DNA of 64,000 nucleotides from Octopus bimaculoides (GCF_001194135.2 NC_068996.1:39233669-39297668), one strand, 5' to 3'. Positions 11,894 through 24,260 are shown, counted from the first letter of the stretch. Program-made: numbers and translations. Notes: generated from the sequence alone by a model not told the origin.

Positions 11894-14007
11894 TCTAAGC
11901 TTTGAGATTTTGATAATGTAATTGTTCATTTTTAGAATGACATAGTTTGGTAAGTGTGAGAGGCAAGATCTGGCCAGTTTGATGATAAAACCTGTGGAAT
12001 ATTTTGGCCAGATATGACTGGTTTAACCTTTTAGCATCCAGATTACTGTCAAACGTAATGCTTATTTTCGGAACGACATTGTAGGGTAGGTGTGAGGGGC
12101 CAGATCTGGCCATTTGAAAATAAAACAGGTAAAATATTTGAACTGGATATGAACATAAATATAATTCGTACGTCTGATTCAAAGATGGCACAAGCAATTG
12201 AAATCAAATAGCATATGATAACACACTGTGGCTGTCTATGCAGTCACACTTGACCTGTTAGAAATTGCAGCTAAATCTCTATTAACCCCATGACAATGGA
12301 TTTTTATCAGACAACTAGGTTGCACCAATGGTAATTATTTTGGCTGAGATCAGCAATTAGCGCATGACAACAGTTCAGCATATATTTATGTCAACCACTT
12401 TAAAGCATGTAGTGTTTATTTATGTAAACTGGGCAGAACGCTCCTGAGGTATTGCTGCAGAAATAAGATCACATGACAGTGTAAAAAGAATTTGCTGAAC
12501 ATGAACGAATTTGATAGGAAGTCATAGTGGAAATGGTAGTGTAACTGCCAAGACTGCTGCTTTTATATTATTATGGTGACGAAGTCTTGAACTGAGTTGG
12601 AAATATTTACATGAAAAGTCTAATGAACCTATCAGATTCCTTGAAATTTGCACAATGGCCTCTATTATCGATTCCATGAGTGATAGTGGATATCTATATC
12701 AACCGGTACACAAACAAGTACAAAACTGCAGCAGAGAGAGCTGCATATATTTTTGTCATTTGATTCAAAGCAAGTACACAGCGCATGTAAATTTACGTCA
12801 ACCAATGTTATGGGATTAATTTCTACCCTCCTTGTCTTAGAAGAGGACACCTGTAATAATGTATTGCAGGTGTACTATTTTTGAAAAACAGACAAGATTA
12901 AGATGGCTGAAACATCTTTGATGGAATGTCTTTTTGATCAGCAATAACCAAGGCTTTACCAACAATACACATCAGAAGCTAAGAGTTTGAAAATATAAAT
13001 TGATAACATGAAACAGAAAACACGTGTAGAACCATCAACTTCACTATTCATCCAGCCAGGTTACACCTTCCAAGAACAATATGTTAATGTACTCCTACAA
13101 ACCTTCACTGGAGATACAAAAGTAATAAAAATAAAATGAATTTAAAAAAAAAAGCTTATAATCAGTTTTAATGATGATTATTCAGTTGCTGATCATTGTA
13201 AGTGGCAGAACATTCTACAATTCCAATATGTGTATTTTTAATGTAATTCTCAAATGGTATCAGTGAGATACAATGAGACAGATCTTAACCTTTACATTAC
13301 AGGTTAATCCCTTCAACAGGACTTTTGTATTGTTTTGGTCAACCCAATTTCACTGACATGCCTTTTGTCGACTTGCGGCTAAGCTACAATATGCGCACTC
13401 AAGATAACATGTAGTGGGATTGAATCTGAGATTCTGTGATTGTGAAGCAAACTTCTGAACTGTTTAACCATTCTTCATTAAGATAAGTACAACGCCTCTA
13501 TTCATCACTCAGTCTTGTACACTAAGCTACCACATCTAAATGCCAGCCAATTCCTCAACTCACTTATGACTGACTGCTTGTCATTGTCACAATATATTTT
13601 CACATATCAGTGAACAAAACAATACTTGCAGAAACTCAAAAAAGCACAGTGGAACAAATTGACAAAACCAATAACAAAGATATGTGCATGAGACAACACA
13701 GGAGATACAGCACCTTATAGAATTAATTGTCAAATCTCACAGCATAACAGTTTATAAAAAAAAAGAAGGGTATATTTTATAAAGTAACCCTAAATGTACC
13801 ATGTCATGTCTGCTATGTCTGATCAGAATCTATTTAATCCTTTAGCATTTAAACTGGTCAAATCTGGACCAGATATTCTACCTATTTTATGTTTGAACTG
13901 GTCAAATCTGACTTCTCACACCTACACTACAATGTCATTCTAAAAATATACATAATCACATCACTGAAAGCTCTGAGCCACAAGACAATGCATAATTAAT
14001 TTAAAAT

Positions 14008-15182
14008 CATCATCATCATCATCGTTTAACGTCCGCTTTCCATGCTAGCATGGGTTGGACGATTTGACTGAGGACTGGTGAAACCGGATGGCAACACCAG
14101 GCTCCAGTCTGATTTGGCAGAGTTTCTACAGCTGGATGCCCTTCCTAACGCCAACCACTCAGAGAGTGTAGTGGGTGCTTTTACGTGTCACCCGCACGAA
14201 AACGGCCACGCTCGAAATGGTGTCTTTTATGTGCCNNNNNNNNNNNNNNNNNNNNNNNNNNNNNNNNNNNNNNNNNNNNNNNNNNNNNNNNNNNNNNNNN
14301 NNNNNNNNNNNNNNNNNNNNNNNNNNNNNNNNNNNNNNNNNNNNNNNNNNNNNNNNNNNNNNNNNNNNNNNNNNNNNNNNNNNNNNNNNNNNNNNNNNNN
14401 NNNNNNNNNNNNNNNNNNNNNNNNNNNNNNNNNNNNNNNNNNNNNNNNNNNNNNNNNNNNNNNNNNNNNNNNNNNNNNNNNNNNNNNNNNNNNNNNNNNN
14501 NNNNNNNNNNNNNNNNNNNNNNNNNNNNNNNNNNNNNNNNNNNNNNNNNNNNNNNNNNNNNNNNNNNNNNNNNNNNNNNNNNNNNNNNNNNNNNNNNNNN
14601 NNNNNNNNNNNNNNNNNNNNNNNNNNNNNNNNNNNNNNNNNNNNNNNNNNNNNNNNNNNNNNNNNNNNNNNNNNNNNNNNNNNNNNNNNNNNNNNNNNNN
14701 NNNNNNNNNNNNNNNNNNNNNNNNNNNNNNNNNNNNNNNNNNNNNNNNNNNNNNNNNNNNNNNNNNNNNNNNNNNNNNNNNNNNNNNNNNNNNNNNNNNN
14801 NNNNNNNNNNNNNNNNNNNNNNNNNNNNNNNNNNNNNNNNNGCCCAGATAGCGGAAGCTATCGACTACCTCTAGTTTTTCACCCTGGAATGAGATAGAAG
14901 TTGTTTCCTGTTTGTTTGCAGTCTTTATTGTACCTGAACATCTGCCACAAACAAAAACTAACTTGCTAGTTAACCTGCCTTTGATGTTGCTGCACCTCTT
15001 ATGTGTCCATAGCTTGCACCGGGTACATCTTATAGAGTTACTACCTACTCCTTTTCTACATACTGAGCAGGGCCATCTACCTGAAGGGGTTTGTGTTTTA
15101 TCTACCTTCCTACTTATTAGGATTTTGGTTTTAGCTAGGTTGACTCTAAGGCCCTTCAATTCTAGACCTTGCTTCCACACCT
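14008..15182 (-). mobile_element. 5'-truncated RTE LINE spanning an N-gap (RT end with PHD-like Cys motif plus 3' tail)
   Basis: WKQGLELKGLRVNLAKTK...CSVCRKGVGSNSIRCTRCKLWTHKRC...CGRC...FRYLG at 14842-15180; tail with (cat)n at 14008-14235. Confidence 0.9.
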
Positions 15183-15424
15183 GAAACTTCTGAATAAATA
15201 AGTATTACATTTGACAAAGAAATCTGAATGCTAAAGGGTTAATCAAAGGTGACCTAGAGTTAAACAAAAGCATAAATAGTACAATGCAAACAACGAACCA
15301 AGTAATGACAAAAGCACAAGACATATCCCATAAAGCGATATTAAAAAAATAGCAATGTTAACTGCCAAATTATCACTGAAATATTCAAGTACAACAATTG
15401 ACACGCCATTGGTTGTGACAATGA

Positions 15425-15720
15425 GGGTTCTAGTTGATCTGATCAATAGAACAGCCAGCTCATGAAATTAACATGCAAGTGGTTGAGCACTCCACAGATG
15501 CACATACCCTTAATGTAGTTCCCAAGGAGATTCAGGGTGACACAGAATGTGACAAGGCTGACCCTTTCAAATACAGGTAGAACTTACTTTTGCCAGCTGA
15601 GTGGACCAGAGCAACGTGAAATAAAGTGTTTTGCTCAAGGACATAGAACGCCACTGGGAATTGAACTCATGACCTTGCGATCATGAATCAAATACCCTAA
15701 CCACTAAGCCATGTGCCCTC
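15425..15720 (-). mobile_element. SINE family C
   Basis: Same core as 1660-1905. Confidence 0.8.
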
Positions 15721-15919
15721 ACTAATATTCAAGTAAATAGCAAACATAGCGACACCGTACATAACAGGAATTAGACTCAGAATAAAGTAACTAAACAGAA
15801 AAATAAATAAAGAAAATAAATCAGAGAATCAATAGACAAATGCCAACATTGGTGTCTTATACAAAATACCAAATCAAGTCTTGAAGGAATTTTAGTAACG
15901 TCCATACATGTTCCAATAT

Positions 15920-16412
15920 CAAATTTAGTGACATGTACGTTGCATCATAATATCACAACTCTAGTAGCAACATTCACAAAGCATCAGAATCTCCCATTAT
16001 CAGCTTTAGTGGTATCACATATCATTATGATATCACAATATAAGCTTAAATAACATTCACACAATATCATGTTACAAAACATCACTGTCTCACATTATCA
16101 ACTTCAGCAGCATCACGTAACATTATCATGTCACAATATAAACTTTAAATAACATTCACACACACACTATCATGTTACAATATCAACTTTAGTAACATTC
16201 ATACCAACACCATTTTACAATATCGACATTAATTAATAATGACATTCACTAAAACATCACAATTTCACACCATCAACTTCAGTAACATCACACATAAAAT
16301 TCATAACGTAAACTATTAATATTCACATAACATACATCATGATGTTCTAATATCAACTTTAGCAACATTTATAGGTCATGTCACAATATAAACTTCAACA
16401 CCCACAAAACAT
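15920..16412. repeat. Diverged minisatellite (unit about 35-40 bp, catgtcacaatatcaactttagtaacattcac-like)
   Basis: Recurrent acaatatcaacttt / taacattcac motifs, roughly a dozen units. Confidence 0.7.
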
Positions 16413-16629
16413 CATGGTGGAGGCGCATGGTTTAGTGGTTAGGGTGTGGGACTCAATGATCGTAACATTGTGGTTTCAATTCCTAAACTGGGCAATGCAT
16501 TGTGTTTTTCACCAAAACACTTCACTTTCATGTAAGCTCCAGTCCACTCAGATGACAAAAATGAATATTCCCATGACAGACTAGTGTCTCGTCCAGGTGG
16601 GGAATATATACATGCCAGAGAATCTTGGA

Positions 16630-17017
16630 AACCAACCAAAGCCTTACAAGTAGATTTGGTTGATGTGACTGTGTTTGTCCCCTATCATCACTTGACAACC
16701 AATGTTAGTGTGTTTATGTCCCTTGTAACTTAGAGTTTCGGTAAAAGAAACCGATAGAATAAATACTAGGCTTACAAAGAGTACAGCTGAAACTCGATCT
16801 GGCTCTGTAGTACAAATGTCTTGTTTTCAAAAGTTCTGAATTAAAATTTTCCACCAAACCTTAGTCACAATTTATGTTCCTAACATTAGCTTACTGATGA
16901 TTAAGTTATTTTACTAAATTCTTTGTTATATTTAAAATAATTGAAAGAAATGCAGAGCATCTCAAAATAAATATGGTTATGAAAGGGTTAAGGTGGTGCT
17001 CCAGCATGGCCACAGTG
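16630..17017 (+). mobile_element. SINE family A 3' half interrupted by a TTAA-ended MITE (about 16790-16992)
   Basis: SINE sequence resumes after gaaagggTTAA|ggtggtgctccagcatgg. Confidence 0.7.
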
Positions 17018-17019
17018 AT

Positions 17020-18140
17020 ATATTGTTCTGGAAGAAGTTTAGGTTCATGTTCATTCACAAATGCAGCCAAGTCTGTGATGTCATAATTTATCTCTTGCTA
17101 TGTCTCTTGAAGTTAAACCATTAATTTGACGGTTTGTTTTTGGCAGTCCAGAGCCAGACTCTTGCAAATTTTTGCCTCCTATGGCCAAAACTTGATCCTC
17201 AACTTCAATCAGTGCTGGGTTAAAAATTGTTTCAGAGAACTGATTATTGATATCTGGGTTTGCCTGTTGAACTGCATACTTTAAGTCTTCAGCCATGTCT
17301 TCACAATGTTTCATCCAAAGTTGTAGGAGACTGCCAGGTTGACACATATTCAGTATAATTGCGAAAAAAGTTACAGAGTTTCCTTGGAGAATCTGATACC
17401 GATGATTCAGTCAATGCAAGGTCCCAATGTTCATCATTTTATAAAAAAAAAAACCTTGTCGATAGTATGTTTCCCTACAAGTTTCACACATATGACCATT
17501 TACTCACCTCGAATCTTGGAATGATTTGGGACCACGTACTTCATGCAAAAGGAGGCATAAGTAGTAGCATTCTGCTTGGCCAATTGAGGGGGGGGGGCAC
17601 TGTATACTCTTACAAGAGCATCTGTCCCACATTTCCTCTTGTGCCATTTATTGTGTCTCCAGATGTAATACTCAAGTAATTGTGGGTAAAGGAGTTTTCT
17701 TACATCTTCATCTACTTAAAACAGTTTTCTTTTGAAGAAAGTCCTTGTTGCAAGATTGTTTGTTTTGTGAAGATAGCCCAGTGGTCATTCTCTATGTGGA
17801 CACTCAGATGAATGATGGCTGGGTGCCTCTCACGAATGGGAAAATTGAAGATGCACCAAAAAGCCTCATTGGTACTAATATATCTTCTATCATACTGTGC
17901 ATCTTCGTCATTTTTATTTATCAGCTGACTGCCATTCTGCATAAGAGTTTATGTTGCAACATCTAAACCTTTGTTTATATATTTGCAAACATACTTGATA
18001 GAGTTATCCAACATTGACTTTGGCTACCTGTACTCATCTTGGCTTCAATGTAGAATACTGATCGTCTAAATCTACCCCAACTCCTCTTCTACAGTGAGAA
18101 CATGCTTCTTGGAAATATTTCCGAAAATTAAAATGGGGAT
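17020..18140 (-). mobile_element. Degenerate Helitron Rep/helicase coding fragment
   Basis: Translations RYISTNEAFWCIFNFPIRERHPAIIHLSVH, LLYPQLLEYYIW, ECYYLCLLLHEVRGPKSFQD and LWMKHCEDMAEDL...NPALIEVEDQV match Helitron RepHel motifs; stops and frameshifts present. Confidence 0.9.
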
Positions 18141-18255
18141 TAAATGAAAAAATGAGTTGCGTGAATATCTTTACAAGAGTGACTGAAATAAGTGGCGATT
18201 GTGGAATGCCCTACGCACGCACATACACACACAGTATCAAACATTCGATGAAATG

Positions 18256-18311
<56 letters not shown>

Positions 18312-18544
18312 GGAAAGTGAGAAAGAGAGCCAGACATCACCTTCTGTCANNNNNNNNNNAAAGTGAGAAAGAGAGCCAGACATCACCTTCTGTCACACAC
18401 ACACACACATACAAAAAAGATGTATGCATATGTATTTATGTATGTACGTATACATAACACACCCCTTGACTGACTCTCTCACAAACATACATACATAAAT
18501 GTACAGAAACATACATATAAAAAACAAGCGTGCGCGTGTGTGTG

Positions 18545-18546
<2 letters not shown>

Positions 18547-18619
<73 letters not shown>

Positions 18620-18634
18620 AAGAGAGAGAGAGAA

Positions 18635-18694
<60 letters not shown>

Positions 18695-18712
18695 ATAAAG
18701 AGATAAAGAGAG
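18547..18712. repeat. (GA)n microsatellite
   Basis: Direct. Confidence 0.98.
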
Positions 18713-19020
18713 AACATTGCAAACAATGAATGAAAGAAACATGAAATGAAAAAATCATAAATAAAAGCTTGTTAAAAACTATCTTGTTCTGAATATTTAA
18801 ATTTATGAACTTAGTAAATATTTCTTTCAGTAATTTATCTTAGTTGTTTGCAAATAGCAAATTAAAAACTTGAAATGAAAACATTAAAATAGAGATTGAG
18901 AGACTTTGCAAATGAAAACGGAAAATTTCGCTGTTGCTATGTCAATACCAGAAGTTGACATTGAGAAACCTTTTAAAAAAGAAGTGAATCATATAAAGAA
19001 AGCAATATTATTTCACAGTT

Positions 19021-19189
19021 CTATATTTAAGAGATGAAGAATTATGTACATTATTTACATATGACGGATATTTGTCCTCATCTTATTTGTTGTTAACACA
19101 ACATTTTGGTTGATATACACTCCAGCCTTCATCAGGTGTCTTGGGGAAATTTTGAACCTGGGTTCTCATTCCTAAGGTATTTTCTTTTA

Positions 19190-19232
<43 letters not shown>

Positions 19233-19580
19233 TCAGTGCCTGGAATCGAATTTGGAATCTTGGGGTTAGTAGCCCATACTCTTAACCCCAAGATTCCGAG
19301 TTTGATTCCAGGCAGTGACCTGAATAATAATAATATAGATGTTTTCGATCTGGTTTGGATTCTTTGGAATCAAATTTGAAGGCAAAGAATCCAAACTAGA
19401 TAGAAAACATCTATAATAATAATAATAATAACATCAAAAACAAATAATACCTAAGGAATGAGAACCCAGGTTCAAAATTTCCTCAAGACACCTGATGAAG
19501 GCTAGAGGGTATATCAGCCGAAATACTGTGTTATCAACAAACAAGATGAGGACAAATATCCATCAAATGTAAATAATGTA
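19021..19580. mobile_element. Two head-to-head copies of SINE family G forming a fold-back palindrome
   Basis: Arms 19047-19268 and 19283-19580; a further tail fragment at 42572-42647. Confidence 0.9.
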
Positions 19581-20046
19581 GCAGTATTATTTATTTTTAA
19601 TAAAAAAAATAAACTGATGACCCTAATATGTATCTGAGGTCAAATTATTCATGCATCCCAAATATGGAAGCAATTCGCACAACTGTTTTTCCATGAAAAG
19701 TAAATACACACATAAGTCTATTTTATATAAAATTATGTGATGTTAGGATAGTAACACAAACACACAGAAAATGAGCTTCTTTGAGTTCCTGTCGACCAAA
19801 TCCACTCACAAGGCCTGGGATTGTAGAAGACAACACATGTGAAAAATACCATGCAGTAGGATTGAACCCCAAAACGTGGGTTAGAGAGCAAACTTCTTGT
19901 AAAACAGCAACACTTGCGCCAATATTTGTATAAAATCACTTGTTCTTGTCTTGAAACTTGTTTATGTTCAGGCAATGAGTACAAGTGTAAGTTTGCATTG
20001 TACAGGTAACAGCAGAGTATTTAAGATGAATAATATGAATATCTGT

Positions 20047-20460
20047 ATCATTGCCAGAGTAACTGTCTGGCTTCCGTGCTAGTGGCTCGTAAATAGCACC
20101 ATTTGAGCGTAATCATTACCAGCGTTGCCTTCTAGCACTTGTGCTGGTGGCACATTAGAAAATCATTCGAGTGAGGTTGTTGCCAGTGCCGTTGGACTGG
20201 CTCCCGTGTAGGTGGCATGTAAAAAACACCTTTTTGAGCATGGCCGTTGCCAGTACCGTGTGACTGGCCCTTGTACCGGTGGCACATAAAAGCACCCACT
20301 ACACTCTCGGAGTGGTTGGCATTAGTAAGGGCATCCAGCTGTAGAAACTTTTCCAGATCAGATTGGAGCCTGGTGCAGCCTTCTGGCTTGCCAGTCCTCA
20401 GTCAAACCATCCAACCCATGCCAGCATGGAAAGCGGATGTTAATGATGATGATGATGATT
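20047..20460 (+). mobile_element. RTE LINE 3' UTR plus tail
   Basis: Near-identical to 49650-50052. Confidence 0.85.
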
Positions 20461-21448
20461 ATTATTTAGATGCTGGCATGAGTTAGACATTTTGACTGAA
20501 AGTGGTAAGCCGTAGGTTTCAGTCTGATTTGGCATGGTTTCTATGGCTGGATGCCTTTCTTTATGTTAACCATTCCAAGAGCGTAATGGGTGCTTTTTAC
20601 ATGCCACTAGCATGGGTGCCAGTTACATAACACAGGCATTGGCCATGACTCAACTCATTATCATGCTAATTAAAAGGTTTTATTTTTGCGCAGTCTTCTG
20701 TGGTTAAATTTTTCTTTTAATATAAATTTTCTAAAATTTCAGTCATCTTTTAAAGAAATTTCTTGTTAGGACATTAAAGAAAATGTAACAAAAAGCATGT
20801 TTAAGTTTTACATTTGTGTGCAGCATAGTGCTCAGTTAGAAGGCATCATGGTATATCAGGAACAATAAATGAGCCGATTGGACAGAATCATTTGACTGAC
20901 CACCTACATACACTTATCCATGAGCAGCCTAGTGCTAAACAACAATAAGAAGAAGAAGAGACAGAGTCAACAAGGGAATCACTGCATAATTACTTAACTG
21001 CTAAAAATAGCAGCCAAATCTCTCTCAAATAATACTCTCTGCTCATCTTAAAAAATGGCATGGATTATGTGGTTCTCAAGTTGCCTGAAAATAGTATAAA
21101 AGATGTGCTGGTCGTGGTTGGAATGTCTTTGATCATAGGTATGCTTTACCAGGGCTGTCTTTGTTCTAAAGAATATAACACCAATAACACCAACAGACAA
21201 CACAAACAACATCAAAGAAACTATGTGGTTTCTCAACTTGCTAGAAACAACAGCAAAATTTTCTTTACATCACAGCATGTCTTCTTCCAAAAGATGAAAG
21301 GAAGGACAATACATAATGTAGTCCTAGATACACTCTGAAGAAGATGGGGCAGTCATGGATAAAATGCTTTAATCAGGTTTGCTTGATCATAGTTGATCTG
21401 GGACTAATTAACAACAACAACAACAACCTAACGAGGACGTCTCTATAC

Positions 21449-21642
21449 CAGTGGTTCTCAACTGTGGCTATCAGGGCCGCATGTGGCCTTCAAGCATCCT
21501 TCTGGTGGCCCTTGAAGGTCTTCCCTCTATAAATATTAATTTTTTTTTTATTGACTTAAGTTTTACTTTATTTGGTGCAGAACCCCTAAAAAAATCCTAG
21601 TATTGGATCTGGCCCAGATATTAGAAAGGTTGAGAACCACTG
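21449..21642. mobile_element. hAT-type MITE
   Basis: TIRs cagtggttctcaac / gttgagaaccactg; 8-bp flanks ctctatac / ctctacat. Confidence 0.8.
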
Positions 21643-21662
21643 CTCTACATGGTTGTGTAATA

Positions 21663-21922
21663 CAGGGGTTTTCAAACTTTTTGACTTGCGGACCCCTTTA
21701 TATTTCAGGCTTTACCCTTATAAACGCTTATGAAATTTATACATAAATATTTGCTTAAAATAACATATTTTTACATTTATTTATTTAACAGTATTTAACA
21801 AATAGGTTTATTGTCAATTAAAAGATTTCGGTTAAAAAACATATATAAAATCAAATTGCCCATAAAAAGTATTTGCTGTCTACAAACTCTGTGGTCTGCG
21901 GACCACAGTTTGAAAACCCCTG
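21663..21922. mobile_element. hAT-type MITE
   Basis: TIRs caggggttttcaaac / gtttgaaaacccctg; TSD gtgtaata / gtgtagta. Confidence 0.85.
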
Positions 21923-23054
21923 GTGTAGTAATAACAGCCTCAAACTGCACTATCCTGTCTCAGTAAAGGACACATTAGACAACATGACCACTAAGTTCTC
22001 TGTACATAGGGTAAAACTTGGGGTGGCTCTGATTGAAATGTCTGATCATAGAGATCTGACTGATCAACATTGATCTGGATCTGCATAGCAACCAAATCAC
22101 CCATTGATTATAGGTTTTGTTCAATTAGGATTGGACAACAGCAATAACAGAACAGTTTTTGCAATGCTCCTACCTCCATTTGGTGCCAGACAGAAGATTT
22201 AACTCCTATGAATGGAACAAACCAAATATTTATATATAGAAATAACGGTACAGAAATACAAGTTTTTGACATTAACTAATATCCACTTGAAAATGGAAAA
22301 TTCTGGAAGCATTCCAACTATTTACTACACTGTATTGTTGGAGGGAAAAATGGAAGAAAGAAAGTAACATTTTCCCATGACTAATATTTTGATATTTCCA
22401 TTTACGTCTTTCCAATAACAACATCCTAAAGACAAAATGCAAAAGAAGCGAAAGTATTTCAATAAGTTTGTAAGGATGAAACTTTAAAAAAATAAGCTTA
22501 TCCATTTCTACCATTTCAATGTCGTATTGAAAACTAAAAGACATGGTCTTCACTCATTCATATTTGGCATTTAAATGTTTTTAAAATGAACTGCCATACT
22601 ACCAGGCAAGAATAAAACCAGGTTTTCTATGTATGTATGTGTGATCATCATTATTGTTTATCATTGTCGTTTTAGCATGCTCCTTTTTATGCTCATATAG
22701 CTCAGATGGAATTTCTTCAGGTGGATTTTCCACGACTGGAGTTACTGTCTTCTAGATGGGTTGAGTACCATGTCTCACATGTATGCACTTGTTATATGCT
22801 AGACATTACAATAAGAAAAAACTTGTACCTTATTTTATAAGACACATGTTAATATGTAAATAATAGTACATTTAGCATAAAAAGTGAACTTGTAGTATAA
22901 CCCAGAATATGAAACCCCCCCCCCCCCAAAAAAAAAAACATCTTTTAGCCAATAATTCTTTTTTAGGAAGTGGATATATTTGATCTGATTTAGGAAGTGG
23001 ATATATTCTTCAAGAGCTGTTAAATATAAGTCTGCTAAAATAATTTCAACATAC

Positions 23055-23150
23055 CTTCCGTTTTTGCAATTCCATTAGGAAGAAGCTTCTTCACAAATAT
23101 CCCATGGTTAGTATCCCCATTCCGTGTTGTTCCACCAATAATTTGTAAGC
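23055..23150 (-). CDS. STXBP4: Coding exon 3 (96 nt): (G)LQIIGGTTRNGDTNHGIFVKKLLPNGIAKTE(G), PDZ core
   Basis: Acceptor ttttttaccctcAG, donor G|GTATGT; phase 1-1; typical PDZ IIGG...GIFVK..LP.G.A motif. Confidence 0.95.
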
Positions 23151-23397
23151 CTGAGGGTAAAAAAGATTAAAAAAACAGTAATAATAATAATAAAAGCAGA
23201 AATTCAGGCAATAAAGAAAAAATATTTTTTCAATACTGACTAACAATTAGATATGCAAACCCAAGTTGATCTAATTTCCAGCAAACCATTACTTTATTAA
23301 CTCCAGAAATACTTCACATTTTTTTCAAGGAGACTATCAGTATAATCACAAGCAAACTTATGAAGGATTCTTACTGGTCATCAAAGAAGATTCTATA

Positions 23398-23713
23398 CAG
23401 GGCTGGCCAACTTGAGGCCCGTAGACCGCAGACTTTTATTTTGCAGCCCACTTGATACTTTTTTTGAAATGCATTTATTTAAACAAACAATTTAAAAATT
23501 TTATCAAAAATTAATAATTGAAATGAAAAGTAAAAAAAGAAAGATTCTACCGTTTTTGTAATGATATTTCATGTTGAATCAATGATCATTCATTCATTAT
23601 TGTAATAATAGCAGAAGAAAGCAAAATGCTTTCAATTCTGTCAATATACAAGCGGCCTCAAGAAACTTTGTCATTATAATGGCTTGCAATGTAATGAGAG
23701 TTGGCCAGGCCTG
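23398..23713. mobile_element. hAT-type MITE
   Basis: TIRs cagggctggccaa / ttggccaggcctg; ttctata on both flanks. Confidence 0.8.
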
Positions 23714-23844
23714 TTCTATATGGTCACGCAACATACTAGAAAGCGCAGTCAATACCCTACTATTTTAAAACAATGAATACATTGAATAATATAACTATAT
23801 GTATGGTGTATATGTATGTATTCACTGGATGTGCAATGTCAGTG

Positions 23845-24260
23845 CACATATGTCTTAAGAGAAAAATTGGGTGTAAGAGGCATCAAGTGTAGTGTGTAAA
23901 GAGCCAATCACTGTGGAGGGAACCTGCAGAAGAGGTAGGCCCAGGAAGACATGGGATGAGGTGGCGGAATATGATTTTTGAATGCTGAGTGTCATAAAGG
24001 CAATGACAAGTGATTGAGGTCTTTGGTGATTTGCTGTGTTTGAGAAACATGTCAAGCTAAGTGAAATTGTAGCCATGACCAGTGCCGGTGACATAAAAAG
24101 CATTTGGTACACACTGTGGAGTAGTTGACATTAGGAAGGGCATCCAGACATAGAAACCAAGCCAAAATGGATTGGAGCCTGGTGCAGCTCTCCAGCTTAC
24201 CATTTCATGTCTAACCCATGCTAGCATGGAAAACCGATGCTAAATGGTGATGATGATGAT
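23845..24260 (+). mobile_element. RTE LINE 3' end (C-terminus remnant plus tail)
   Basis: agaagaggtaggcccaggaagacatgggatgaggtg (RRGRPRKTWDEV) followed by the shared tail. Confidence 0.8.

Noticed and set aside
10534-14897. Long X-containing ORFs at N-gaps (also near 34027-34394, 41926-42098, 59899-59963, 62451-62631, 63824-63866)
   Set aside because: Artefacts of translating through Ns
18313-18396. 36-bp direct repeat either side of a 10-N gap
   Set aside because: Typical unmerged contig overlap (assembly artefact)
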